Below, piece after piece: positions 9,647 to 20,385 of a DNA stretch of 64,000 nucleotides. Numbering within the stretch: position 1 is the stretch's first letter; the number at the start of each line of letters is the position of its first letter. The translations under genes were made by a program, and so were the position numbers. The notes beneath the pieces were generated by a model that saw nothing but the letters and a program-made list of their open reading frames with translations, made no database searches and was not told the origin of the DNA. Source of the stretch: Candidatus Eiseniibacteriota bacterium (GTDB lineage: Bacteria; Eisenbacteria; RBG-16-71-46; SZUA-252); assembly GCA_963703225.1 (NCBI GenBank), contig OY969801.1, positions 448,001 to 512,000 of the forward strand, given 5' to 3'.

Positions 9647-10305
9647 GCAACCAGGCCGCCGTCGATACCTACCTCGGGGGCATGTTCGTCCCGGCCGACC
9701 CGGCGCTCGATGCCGCCCTCGCGGCGAGCGTCGCGGCCGGGCTTCCCGAGATTCAGGTTTCGCCGACCCAGGGGAAGCTCCTCCACATTCTCGCCAAGCT
9801 CCAAGAGACGCGCGCCATCCTCGAAATCGGCACGCTCGGCGGATACAGCGCGATCTGGCTCGCCAGGGCGCTGCTTCCCGGTGGCCGTCTCATCACCCTG
9901 GAGTACGAGCCCAGGCACGCCGACGTCGCGCGCGCCAACGTCGCCCGCGCGGGCCTCGCCGATCGGGTCGAGATCCGTCTCGGGCGCGCACTCGATACGC
10001 TTCCCCAGCTCCAAGCCGAAGGCCTTGGTCCCTTCGACCTCGTCTTCATCGACGCCGACAAGCCGTCGAATCCCGACTATTTCGCCTGGGCGCTCAAGCT
10101 CACCCGGCGCGGCGCCCTCATCATCGTGGATAACGTCGTGCGAGACGGCCGCGTCGTCGAGGCGACGAGCGCCGATCTCAATGTGCAGGGGAGCCGCCGG
10201 GTGCTGGAACTGATGGCCGCGGAGCCCCGGGTGAGCGCCACGGCGATCCAGACCGTGGGCGTCAAGGGGTGGGACGGGTTGGCGGTCGCGGTGGTGATTG
10301 GCTAG
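9643..10305 (+). CDS. Class I O-methyltransferase (caffeoyl-CoA OMT/YrrM-like)
   Basis: ILEIGTLGGYSAIWLA, FDLVFIDADK, IIVDNV, GVKGWDG. ATGA overlap at 9643. Confidence 0.9.
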   Translation: MSNQAAVDTYLGGMFVPADPALDAALAASVAAGLPEIQVSPTQGKLLHILAKLQETRAILEIGTLGGYSAIWLARALLPGGRLITLEYEPRHADVARANVARAGLADRVEIRLGRALDTLPQLQAEGLGPFDLVFIDADKPSNPDYFAWALKLTRRGALIIVDNVVRDGRVVEATSADLNVQGSRRVLELMAAEPRVSATAIQTVGVKGWDGLAVAVVIG

Positions 10306-10373
10306 AGTGGAGCAACGGCGGATCCCCACACGCTTTCAGTGCCGGTTGACCGCTTCAAGAAATGGGAGGCTCG

Positions 10374-10829
10374 ATGTACCGGACGGCTGCAGCCCTCATC
10401 GCACTTGTCACCTTCTTATCCATCCTGACCGCCGACGCCAAGGAAAAGCTCGATCTCCGCGGCCAGGTGTTCGCGGCGGAGAGCACCTTCGCGCACACGC
10501 TGGCGGTCCGCGACTTTGAGGCCTTCGGGTCCCACGTGGCCACCGATGCCATTTTCTTTGGCCGCCGAGGGGTGATGCACGGAAAGGCGGAGGTCGTGGC
10601 CGGCTGGAAGCCCCTTTTCGAGGGACCCAAGGCCCCATTTTCCTGGCGCCCCGAGGTGGTCGAAGTGCTCGAGTCGGGTACGCTCGCCCACAGCAGCGGG
10701 CCGGTCATGGATCCAGACGGAAAGGTGTTCGGCACGTTCAATTCGGTCTGGCGGCTCGACGCCGACGGACGGTGGCGCGTGGTCTTCGACAAGGGCTGCC
10801 CCGTCTGCGACAGCACGCGCGCGCAGTAG
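10374..10829 (+). CDS. Secreted NTF2-like (DUF4440/SnoaL) protein
   Basis: Signal peptide, FSWRPEVVEVLESGTLAHSSGPV, FNSVWR, WRVVFDKG. ATG at 10374 follows GGAGG. Confidence 0.75.
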   Translation: MYRTAAALIALVTFLSILTADAKEKLDLRGQVFAAESTFAHTLAVRDFEAFGSHVATDAIFFGRRGVMHGKAEVVAGWKPLFEGPKAPFSWRPEVVEVLESGTLAHSSGPVMDPDGKVFGTFNSVWRLDADGRWRVVFDKGCPVCDSTRAQ

Positions 10830-11414
10830 ATGAAGATCACCTTCTTTCGATCTCCTTCCGACTTCCGGAAATGGCTCGCGGCGCATCACCGCACCGCCGT
10901 CGAGCTCTGGGTCGGATTCCACAAGAGAGGCACCGGTAGGCCGAGCATCACCTGGCCGGAAGCCGTCGACCAAGCTCTCTGCTTCGGCTGGATCGATGGA
11001 GTTCGGAAGAGCGTTGACGAAACCAGCTATTCCATCCGCTTCACCCCGCGCAGGGAGGGGAGCATCTGGAGCGCCGTCAACATCAAGCGCGTGCGGAACC
11101 TTCGCGAGGAAGGACTGATGAGGCCCGAGGGAATCCGCGCGTTCGAGCGAAGGAGAGAGAACAAGTCGGGCGTCTACTCCTACGAGCAGAGAGGCGAGTC
11201 CCTGCCCAAGCCGTACGAGGGACCGATCAAGAAGAACAAGGCCGCGTGGGCATTCTTTCAAGCCCAGCCCCCGTGGTACCGAAAGGTGACCAGCTGGTGG
11301 GTGGTCAGCGCCAAGAGGGAAGAGACGAGGCTCAAGCGGCTGGCAAAGTTGATCGAGGATTCCGCTCAGGGGCGGAGGATCGGTCTGGTCGACCCCAAGG
11401 GGCAGGCGAAATGA
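10830..11414 (+). CDS. YdeI/OmpD-associated family protein
   Basis: FRKWL, EAVDQALCFGWIDG, RFTPRR, WSAVN, AWAFFQ, SAKREETRLKRL. Confidence 0.85.
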   Translation: MKITFFRSPSDFRKWLAAHHRTAVELWVGFHKRGTGRPSITWPEAVDQALCFGWIDGVRKSVDETSYSIRFTPRREGSIWSAVNIKRVRNLREEGLMRPEGIRAFERRRENKSGVYSYEQRGESLPKPYEGPIKKNKAAWAFFQAQPPWYRKVTSWWVVSAKREETRLKRLAKLIEDSAQGRRIGLVDPKGQAK

Positions 11415-11424
11415 GAGGAGAATC

Positions 11425-12312
11425 GTGACCATGAGAACCCCAAGTCTCCCTCTCGTGCTTCTCCTAGCCCTCTCCCTCATCGTGGCAGGGGCGGCCCTGC
11501 CCAGGTTCCTCCTGGCCCAGGCGGAATACTCCTCGGCGCAGCTGCGGGACCGAGGGCCCGGGCTCCCGACCTCCGCGTTCGGGACCTACGTCCGAGGGGA
11601 CCAGCTCTTGGTCTACCCGTTCTTCGCGTACACGCTCGATCGCAACCGGGAGTACCAGCCCGATCAATTCGGCGTCGGAGGCGATGTGGATTTCCGCGGC
11701 AAGTACTGGAGCACGGAGACGGGGGTCATGCTCTGCTACGGCGTGAGGAACTGGCTCGCGCTCGAGTTCACGACCGCCTACATGAAAGCATCCCTCGAGA
11801 AATCCCCTGACGATACATACCCCGTCCCACAGACGACCGTGGAGTCGGGGCTCGGTGATGTCGAGGGCCAGGTTCGCGTCCGCTGCTTCAGGGAGACAGC
11901 CCGTTATCCTGAGATGTACGCCTACATGGAAGTCACCGCTCCGACACAGCAAGATAAGGTCTTGATCGGCGACACGGAGTGGGACTTCAAGCCTGGAATC
12001 GGCTTCTCGAGGAGCTTCTCGTGGGGCACGATGTCGGCGCGGACCACGGGGGAATGGAACCACAGCGAGGCGAAGGTGGACTTTGGGGAAACTTCGATCG
12101 AGTACTTGAAACGCCTCTCCACCTCGTGGCAGATGTTCGTGGGCTTCGAGGGAGGCGAGGGGGGACCGTTCGACGAATGGCACATCGTATCCGACGTGGC
12201 GTGGTGGTTCTCGGACAACGTGTCCCTCAAGCTCGACAACACGTTCGGGATCTCTTCCAAGGCCAACGACTGGGAGCCGCAGATCGGCATCCTGTTCTCG
12301 TCGCTGCCTTAG
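11425..12312 (+). CDS. Secreted, probable outer-membrane beta-barrel protein
   Basis: Signal peptide, alternating aromatic beta-strand pattern, SGLGD motif, C-terminal strand WEPQIGILF. Start at GTG 11425 or ATG 11431. Confidence 0.6.
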   Translation: MTMRTPSLPLVLLLALSLIVAGAALPRFLLAQAEYSSAQLRDRGPGLPTSAFGTYVRGDQLLVYPFFAYTLDRNREYQPDQFGVGGDVDFRGKYWSTETGVMLCYGVRNWLALEFTTAYMKASLEKSPDDTYPVPQTTVESGLGDVEGQVRVRCFRETARYPEMYAYMEVTAPTQQDKVLIGDTEWDFKPGIGFSRSFSWGTMSARTTGEWNHSEAKVDFGETSIEYLKRLSTSWQMFVGFEGGEGGPFDEWHIVSDVAWWFSDNVSLKLDNTFGISSKANDWEPQIGILFSSLP

Positions 12313-12389
12313 GGTTCGGAACGCCCGTACATTGTCCGTCATCGGCGTCAGCGTGGCCCTCATTCTGACCGGATGGAGGTGATAGCTAA

Positions 12390-12914
12390 GTGGCCTCGGT
12401 GGTCTTCATGCGCGGCGTCAACGTCGGCGGTCACAAGGCATTCCGACCCAGCGAGCTTGCGAGCCGTCTCTCGTCGCTCGACGTGGTGAGCATCGGCGCG
12501 GCGGGCACCTTCGTGGTGCGCGCCAGTGCGGGGACCGCGAAGATTCGAAACAGCTTCCTGAAGCAAATCCCGTTTGAGACCGAGCTGATGATCTGCCCCG
12601 CGCGGGAGGTCCTGAACCTTGTCGAGACAAACCCCTTCGCCGTTCGCTTGCTCCCGCCAGCCGATGGGCAGTTCATCAGCGTGATCGAGGAGCGCCCTCG
12701 GACGATTCCCAAGCTCCCGCTCCGCGTCCCGGAGGGAGCGACAGCCTGGCAGGTCAGCGTGATCGCCATCCAAGGGTGCTTCGTCGCGACCTTGATGAGG
12801 AGGGTGGGACGGAAGCTGCTCTACCCGAATGAGGTCGTGGAGAAGGGGCTCGGCGTTGCGGCCACGACACGCGGCTGGCCCACGATTCTCAAGGTTCGTG
12901 AAGCGTTGTGCTAG
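12390..12914 (+). CDS. DUF1697 family protein
   Basis: N-terminal FMRGVNVGG and C-terminal ATTRGWPTI; GGAGG upstream. Confidence 0.75.
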   Translation: MASVVFMRGVNVGGHKAFRPSELASRLSSLDVVSIGAAGTFVVRASAGTAKIRNSFLKQIPFETELMICPAREVLNLVETNPFAVRLLPPADGQFISVIEERPRTIPKLPLRVPEGATAWQVSVIAIQGCFVATLMRRVGRKLLYPNEVVEKGLGVAATTRGWPTILKVREALC

Positions 12915-12941
12915 CATCGCGATTCGCCGAAAGCACTTCCA

Positions 12942-13232
12942 GATCCGGCCGATGCCACGCAGCCCTACGAGCTGATGGGGAAGGTCATCGCGACCGGGGG
13001 AGATGGGGTGAGCGCGGAGAAGATGCAGGACCAGATCATGGACAAGGCGCAGAAGAAGGGCGCCGACGCGGTGGTGATCACGGGACTCGAGCGCTACAAG
13101 AGCGGCGAGAACACGAACTACAACGAGACCACGAAGCAGAAGGATCCCAAGACGACCACGACGTCCGGGGGCTCATCGACCGACAGCAAGAGCGAGAAGC
13201 AGATCACCGCGCTCTTCCTCAAGTACAAGTAA
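12942..13232 (+). pseudogene. 5'-truncated remnant of a YbjQ-fold-like (probably exported) protein
   Basis: Coding-like codon usage, PYELMGKV...KAQKKGADAVVI. In-frame TAG at 12912 and no signal peptide or RBS-supported start. Confidence 0.5.
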
Positions 13233-13266
13233 CGCGGGGCAGGGCCCGGGTGAATTTCCCGCGATC

Positions 13267-13698
13267 TCAGTCATCCATGTGCGAGTCGAGGACCTTCCAG
13301 CCGATCTTGCCGCCCAACCCGACCTCGTAGCGGAGCACCGCGTGGATGAGGTAGTGGCCGTCCTCCGCGGGGGCGTAGACGTACCTCCCGGGCAAGAGAA
13401 TCATCCCCGCCTTGTCGTAGAAGCGCATCTCCCCGCCCACCCCGCTCTCGAACTGGATCAGATCTTCCTGGGCGGAGAGGTCGGACCTGAGCGCGGCGAC
13501 GGGATCGTCCAGACCCAGCTTCTTCATCCTCGTGATCTCGAAGTCCTCCAGGTAGACGCGGGGATGGGCGGGTTGAAGCGAGAGATGCTCGGCGCGCGCG
13601 GCTCGCTGCTCGGCGAGCTGCCAGCGGATACCGAAGAAAATCGCGGCGGCCAGGCTCAACACGAGGCCCATCAGGAGTACCCGGTTTCCGCGCATCAT
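13267..13698 (-). CDS. Hypothetical membrane-anchored protein
   Basis: AAGGAGG before tandem ATGs (13698/13695), N-terminal TM helix, GVGGEMRFY and EDGH motifs. Confidence 0.7.
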   Translation of the reverse strand: MMRGNRVLLMGLVLSLAAAIFFGIRWQLAEQRAARAEHLSLQPAHPRVYLEDFEITRMKKLGLDDPVAALRSDLSAQEDLIQFESGVGGEMRFYDKAGMILLPGRYVYAPAEDGHYLIHAVLRYEVGLGGKIGWKVLDSHMDD

Positions 13699-13729
13699 CC
13701 CCTCCTTGGACGCGGGCGCCGGCCGCCCG

Positions 13730-16717
13730 CTAGTCGACCCACCGCGCGATGTAGAGGTTTGTCTGGTGTGATTCCGGATCGGCTCGATTGGAGGCCCAGA
13801 CGATCCAGCGCCCGTCAGGGCTGAAGTGCGGAAAGCCGTCGAACCCTGGAGCGGCGGTGATCCGCTCCGGGGAGCCGCCGCGCTTGTCGACGATCCAGAG
13901 GTCGAACTCCCGCCCGGTGGCCGATCCAACGTTCGAGCTGTAGACGATCCGGTTCCCGTCGGCCAGGAAGGTGGGGCAGAAATTCGCCGCGCCGTTCGAT
14001 GTCAGGGTGTGCGCCCCCGTACCGTCCGCCTTCATCAGCCAGATCTCGAGCGCGCTCGGGCGGACCAGCCCGCGCGTGAGGAGCCGCCGATACTCCTCCA
14101 GCTCCGCGCCCTCGGGCCGGCTTGCGCGCCAGACGATCTCGGAGCAGTCGGGGCTGTAGAACGCGCCGCCGTCATAGCCCGGCGTGCTGGTCAGCCGGCG
14201 GACCGCGCCCGCCTCGTCCATCGCGTAGAGGTCGAGATCCCCGTCGCGGATCGAAGTGAAGACCAGTTTGCCTCCGCGGTGGCACCAGGTCGCCTCGGCG
14301 TCGTAGCCCGGGGAATCGGTCAGCTTTCGGGCCTGGGACCCGTCGGGGAGCGCTTCCCAGATGTCGTAGGAATCGTAGATGGCCCAGACGTAACCGTGCG
14401 AGCGGTCGGGCGGCGGCGGGCAGGAATCGCCGCCAGCCTGGGTGGAGGCGTAGACGATCCGGTCCATCTCCGGGTAGTCGAAGTAGCCGCAGGTGGTTCG
14501 GCCCTTGCCGCTCGAGACCCGGCGCACAGCGCCGCTCGCGAGATCCATGACGTACTGCTGGTCGCACGGCGCCCCGGGGACCGTGGCCTGAAAGATCAAC
14601 GCGCGGCCGTCGGGGCTGAAGTAGGGCTCCGCGTTCTCGCCGCCGAACGTGAGCTGGCGGACATCTTGGAGATGACCCTCGCCGTCGAAGCGCTTGGCGA
14701 ACGGCTGGCCCGCGCCGACCTTGAAATCGGCCCCAGGACGCCCTTCGTAGAACGGCGAGAGGCCGGGCGCGGCGGTCGAGTCGGCCGGGAGCGCCGCGTG
14801 GCCCGGGGGAGCCACGGGAGGCGATGGCGGCGACGCGGGCGCGACGGGGGGCCCCGCGACGGCCGCCGGGGCCGGGGTCGGGCTCGGCGCCCCGCGCTCC
14901 CCCAGCGTGGCGCGGAGCGGCACCCGCGTGCTGTCCCTCACCACGACGACCTCCACCGTCTCTCCCGGCTTGTGATCTTGGAGCGCATAGGACATGTCGT
15001 ACAGGTTCTCGATTCGGGTTCCGGCGATCGAGACGATCCGATCGCCGCCGCGAATTCCGGCACGGTCGGCGGGCCCGCCGGGTCGAACGTCGGCGAGCAG
15101 AACGCCCCCTTCCGTCGCCTCCATCGCCCGGTAGTCGGGGACGGTGCCGAGGTAGGAGCCATAGCCCCGGCTATCGCCCGACATGGCCGGTGCGGAGCTG
15201 GCGCGCGCGTAGACCACCGGCCTCCCCGGGGCGAGCGCCAGATCGCCCGCGATCTCGGCTGTGAAGCGCGCGACCTTGGCGCCCCCCTCCGCGTTGACCG
15301 TCGCGGGCTTGTCGGCGGGGGAGTGATAGGCGTCGTGCGTTCCGGTGAACAGGTGGAGCACCGGAATCCCCGCGGCGTAGAAGCTCGTCTGATCGGAAGG
15401 CCCATACCCGTCGCCGTGCGCGTTGACGTTCAGGTCGACCACCTTGGCCGCGCGCTCGATTCGCTCTCTCCATTCCGGGGCCGATTCGGAGCCGAGCGCG
15501 ATCAGCTGGTTGTCGCGGAGCCTGCCGACCATGTCGAGGTTGATCATCGCCGTGACCCTGTCGAGCGGATAGGGAGGAGCCGCCACGAATCGCGAGGAGC
15601 CGGCCAGCCCGACTTCCTCGCCCGAAAATAGGGCGAAGACGATCGTGCGGTGATTCTTCGAGGAACCGAGCGACTTCTTCAGCTCGGCCGCCGCGAGAAG
15701 TACCCCGGCGCAGCCCGACGCGTTGTCGTCCGCGCCGTTGTGGATTGCGACCTCGTTGGGCCTCATGGAGTGCTCGCCGCCCATGCCGAGGTGGTCATAG
15801 TGCGCCCCGACCACGATGACCTCGCTCGCGAGCGCACCGCGACCGGGCAAGACCCCGGCCAGGTTCGCCGTCTCGACGTACTTGGCCTCGAGCGCGACGC
15901 GCCCGCTCACGCGGACGTGGGTCGATGACACCGAGCGTGGGGTCAGATCGCGGTCCACCGACTCCTGAAAGCGCTTCAGGTCGATGCCCGCGCCGGCCAG
16001 CCATTCCTCCGCGAGCGACGTCCTTATCTGAAGCAGGGGGAGCCCCACCGGGCTCTCGGGGCCGTCGTTCCGGAGCGCGGGGAGCTTGTTCTGGCCCTCG
16101 TCCTGGAGGGGACCGGTCGCGAAGATCACGGCGACGGCGCCGCGCTCTCTCGCCTGCATCGTCTTGTACCGGAGCGCCGACCAGCGGCTGGGGCGCTTCC
16201 CGTCAAACGGGGAAGCCTCGTCCTTTTCTTGCGGCTCGTATCGGAGCATCAGGGCGACCTTGCCATGGAGGTCAACGCCGTCGAGCTCCTGGTACCCGAT
16301 CGAGGGGGATTCGATTCCGTAGCCAACGAACGCGATCTCGCCCGCGAACTCGCCGGAGCTGCTCGCGCCGAGCGGGGTCCACAGGCTATCGGCAACCCCT
16401 TCGATCCTGTTCCCGGCGGTGAGGGAGACGCCGATCTTGACGGGGAATGGCTGACGATAAGAATTGCCGAACGCGGGCTTCAGGCCGGTGGCGCGGAGCT
16501 GCTTCTCGATCCAGTTCGCGGCGCGGCGAATCCCGGCGCTGCCGAGCCCGCGGCCCTCCATGGAATCGGCCGCGAGCGTATAGACGGAGTTCCTGAAGCC
16601 CGAGATCTCCTTGGCCGAGGGAGCGGACTGCGTCCTTGCCCAGAGCGGGGCATCGGTCGGGAGCGCGAACGAGCCGGCGAGCAAAACCGCGAAGCCGAGG
16701 CGGCGCATGGGGATCAC
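13730..16717 (-). CDS. Secreted M28 metallopeptidase with PA, PDZ and C-terminal PD40/TolB-like propeller domains
   Basis: GAHYDHLG, NGADDNASG, FSGEEVGL, NLDMVG, YHSPAD; PDZ YLGTVPD...GPADRAGIRGGD; Pro-rich linker; repeats GENAEPYFSPDG, GYDAEAT, GYDGGAFYSPD, FDGFPHFSPDG. Confidence 0.9.
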   Translation of the reverse strand: MIPMRRLGFAVLLAGSFALPTDAPLWARTQSAPSAKEISGFRNSVYTLAADSMEGRGLGSAGIRRAANWIEKQLRATGLKPAFGNSYRQPFPVKIGVSLTAGNRIEGVADSLWTPLGASSSGEFAGEIAFVGYGIESPSIGYQELDGVDLHGKVALMLRYEPQEKDEASPFDGKRPSRWSALRYKTMQARERGAVAVIFATGPLQDEGQNKLPALRNDGPESPVGLPLLQIRTSLAEEWLAGAGIDLKRFQESVDRDLTPRSVSSTHVRVSGRVALEAKYVETANLAGVLPGRGALASEVIVVGAHYDHLGMGGEHSMRPNEVAIHNGADDNASGCAGVLLAAAELKKSLGSSKNHRTIVFALFSGEEVGLAGSSRFVAAPPYPLDRVTAMINLDMVGRLRDNQLIALGSESAPEWRERIERAAKVVDLNVNAHGDGYGPSDQTSFYAAGIPVLHLFTGTHDAYHSPADKPATVNAEGGAKVARFTAEIAGDLALAPGRPVVYARASSAPAMSGDSRGYGSYLGTVPDYRAMEATEGGVLLADVRPGGPADRAGIRGGDRIVSIAGTRIENLYDMSYALQDHKPGETVEVVVVRDSTRVPLRATLGERGAPSPTPAPAAVAGPPVAPASPPSPPVAPPGHAALPADSTAAPGLSPFYEGRPGADFKVGAGQPFAKRFDGEGHLQDVRQLTFGGENAEPYFSPDGRALIFQATVPGAPCDQQYVMDLASGAVRRVSSGKGRTTCGYFDYPEMDRIVYASTQAGGDSCPPPPDRSHGYVWAIYDSYDIWEALPDGSQARKLTDSPGYDAEATWCHRGGKLVFTSIRDGDLDLYAMDEAGAVRRLTSTPGYDGGAFYSPDCSEIVWRASRPEGAELEEYRRLLTRGLVRPSALEIWLMKADGTGAHTLTSNGAANFCPTFLADGNRIVYSSNVGSATGREFDLWIVDKRGGSPERITAAPGFDGFPHFSPDGRWIVWASNRADPESHQTNLYIARWVD

Positions 16718-16723
16718 GGGGCC

Positions 16724-16732
16724 ATAGTACCA
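16724..16732 (-). promoter_or_regulatory. Extended -10 promoter element, candidate leaderless transcript
   Basis: TG-G-TACTAT on the minus strand, 6 nt before GTG 16717. Confidence 0.5.
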
Positions 16733-16789
16733 GGCGCGACTCCGGGGCGGAAAGATCGCACGCCAAACGCCGGCGATTGAGGGGTAGTC

Positions 16790-18619
16790 ATGCGCGCGCC
16801 GAAGCGGCTAGGGTTGATCGGTTCCCGAAGGCATCTCGGTGAGGCAACCTCCGTGCGACGTGGCCGCGGTATCTCGCTCCTCATTTTCCCTCTGTACGTG
16901 GCGGCAGCCCTGACGTTCACCTGGCCGCTCATGACGAAATTCGATTCCGCGATCCCCTCCAGCCGTACGGCATTTGATCCCGGTCTGCAGGCGTTCCTCA
17001 TCGGATGGGATTGGCACTCGTTGACCCACGCTCCCTGGGGCGTGTTCCACGCACCCATCTTCTATCCCGAGCCGCGGACGCTCACGTACATGGACCACAT
17101 GCTGGGGGAAACCGTGCTGGCCGCGCCGGCCTTCCTGAGCACCGGCTCCGTCCCTGCCGCGTACAACCTCCTCATCGTTCTGTCGTTCGCCGTCTCCGGC
17201 TGGACCACCTACCGATTGGGTCGAATCCTCGGCGTGCCGCGGGGCGGGGCATTTCTCTCCGGAATTCTCTTCGCGTTCAGCCCCTACCGCTTCGCGAACC
17301 TCGATCTCTTGAACCAGCTGCAGACACAATTCCTTCCTCTGGGGATCCTCTTTGGGCTCCGCTACCTTCGAAAGGGGAGACTCGGCGATGCGGCCGGCGC
17401 GATCGGGACGATCGCAGCGCAGGTCTATTTTGGATGGTACTACGCGTATTTTCTTCTCATCGCGTACGGGCTGCTCGTCGCCTACGCGCTCGCCGGCGGG
17501 CTCTGGCCGGCGGCCCGACGCGATGGGGGCCGAATCGCGGGGCTGGCCGCCTTGGGGCTCCTGGCGATCGCCCCCGTGGCGATCCCCTACGCCCAGCAGC
17601 ACCTCTCGATGCCTTCCTTCCGACGAACCCTGGGCGAAGCGGCGCTCTATTCCGCGGACGTGCTCGATTACGCCCGATGGAATCCTTCGTCGAGAATCGC
17701 CGGCCTTCTGCGCCTGCCCACAGGCCCGCAGTCCTACTGGCCAGGAGCGGTCACCGTCGGCCTGGCCGCCGCGGGGACTGCGGCGGTTTTCCGTGGACTC
17801 AGGCGTCGTGAGCCAAGGGGGAGCCGATCTTCCGCGAGGGCCCGGGCTGCCCGCGCGACAATCCGCGCGGCGGTAGACCGCATGGGATTGGCTGGATACT
17901 TCCCGGTGCTCGCCGTCGTCTCCTTTCTGCTCTCTCTAGGTCCGATCTTGCAGATCGCCGGTCAGCGCATTTGGATACCGCTTCCCTACTCGATTCTCTA
18001 CTTCGTCGTCCCCGGGTTCTCCAGCCTGCGCGCCCCAGCCCGACTCGCCGTGCTCGCCCTGCTCGCGCTCACGGTCCTGGCCGGTCTTGGCTACAAGATG
18101 CTCGGGGAAGCCAACGCCGTGCGCGGACGTGCCGCGTGGCGCGGCATCGCGGCCGCCCTGATCGCGGTCGCAGGTCTCTCCGCCTGGAATCACCCCGTTT
18201 GCCTGCTCGAGATCCCGACGGCGCAGTCGATGCCCGCCATCTACCGATGGCTGGCGGCCCAGCCTGGCGCCATGCCATTCCTTGAATTTCCGGTACCCCG
18301 GGTGGACGCCGATGAGAGCGAGACCGGCTCCCTCCGCCAGTTCTTCATCCTCTACCACCGAAAGCCCCGCCTGGACGGATCCAGCGGCTTCGTTTCGCCT
18401 CGCTATCGCGAGTTCAGGTTGACGGTTCAGAGCTTCCCCGGAGAATCGGCTCTCGCCGCGGCGACCGGCATGGGAGCGCGGTGGATCGTGGTGCACTACG
18501 GCGACTACAGAGGCGCGGAACGGGAATCACTCATCGCGCGGGTCGCCAGAGAACCCCGCCTTGTGCCCCTCGCGGCGTACGGGGATGACGCCGCCTACGA
18601 GCTGGCCCCTCGTCGGTAA
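16790..18619 (+). CDS. Polytopic membrane protein, GT-C/YfhO-like glycosyltransferase
   Basis: Many TM helices; DP motif in the first loop, FHAPIFYP, FAFSPYR, GFSSLRAPAR, C-terminal soluble domain with DGSSGF. Start uncertain (ATG 16790 or GTG 16853). Confidence 0.65.
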   Translation: MRAPKRLGLIGSRRHLGEATSVRRGRGISLLIFPLYVAAALTFTWPLMTKFDSAIPSSRTAFDPGLQAFLIGWDWHSLTHAPWGVFHAPIFYPEPRTLTYMDHMLGETVLAAPAFLSTGSVPAAYNLLIVLSFAVSGWTTYRLGRILGVPRGGAFLSGILFAFSPYRFANLDLLNQLQTQFLPLGILFGLRYLRKGRLGDAAGAIGTIAAQVYFGWYYAYFLLIAYGLLVAYALAGGLWPAARRDGGRIAGLAALGLLAIAPVAIPYAQQHLSMPSFRRTLGEAALYSADVLDYARWNPSSRIAGLLRLPTGPQSYWPGAVTVGLAAAGTAAVFRGLRRREPRGSRSSARARAARATIRAAVDRMGLAGYFPVLAVVSFLLSLGPILQIAGQRIWIPLPYSILYFVVPGFSSLRAPARLAVLALLALTVLAGLGYKMLGEANAVRGRAAWRGIAAALIAVAGLSAWNHPVCLLEIPTAQSMPAIYRWLAAQPGAMPFLEFPVPRVDADESETGSLRQFFILYHRKPRLDGSSGFVSPRYREFRLTVQSFPGESALAAATGMGARWIVVHYGDYRGAERESLIARVAREPRLVPLAAYGDDAAYELAPRR

Positions 18620-18671
18620 GCCGATGAATCATCGGAACCTCGGCCGTCTGTCGAGCATCTCAATCCAGAGG

Positions 18672-18700
18672 TGGAAATCCACGGTCCATTGTGATAGATT
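18672..18700 (+). promoter_or_regulatory. Candidate sigma70 promoter of the pyr operon
   Basis: TGGAAA-17 nt-TAGATT with a TG extension, just upstream of the PyrR leader. Confidence 0.45.
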
Positions 18701-18739
18701 CCACCTATCCGAGCGGTCCTCTTGGCCGCGAGGAGAGCA

Positions 18740-20385
<1,646 letters not shown>

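Noticed and set aside
10306..12390. Integron cassette array in the short-gene region
   Set aside because: The CAACGGC...GCCGGTTG inverted repeat at about 10313-10348 is too short and lacks proper RYYYAAC/GTTRRRY ends. Other spacers are 0-10 nt or unrelated, and there is no integrase.
13233..13266. Bidirectional terminator between convergent genes
   Set aside because: Only a 6-bp CGCGGG/CCCGCG stem with a long loop and no U-tract, too weak to call.
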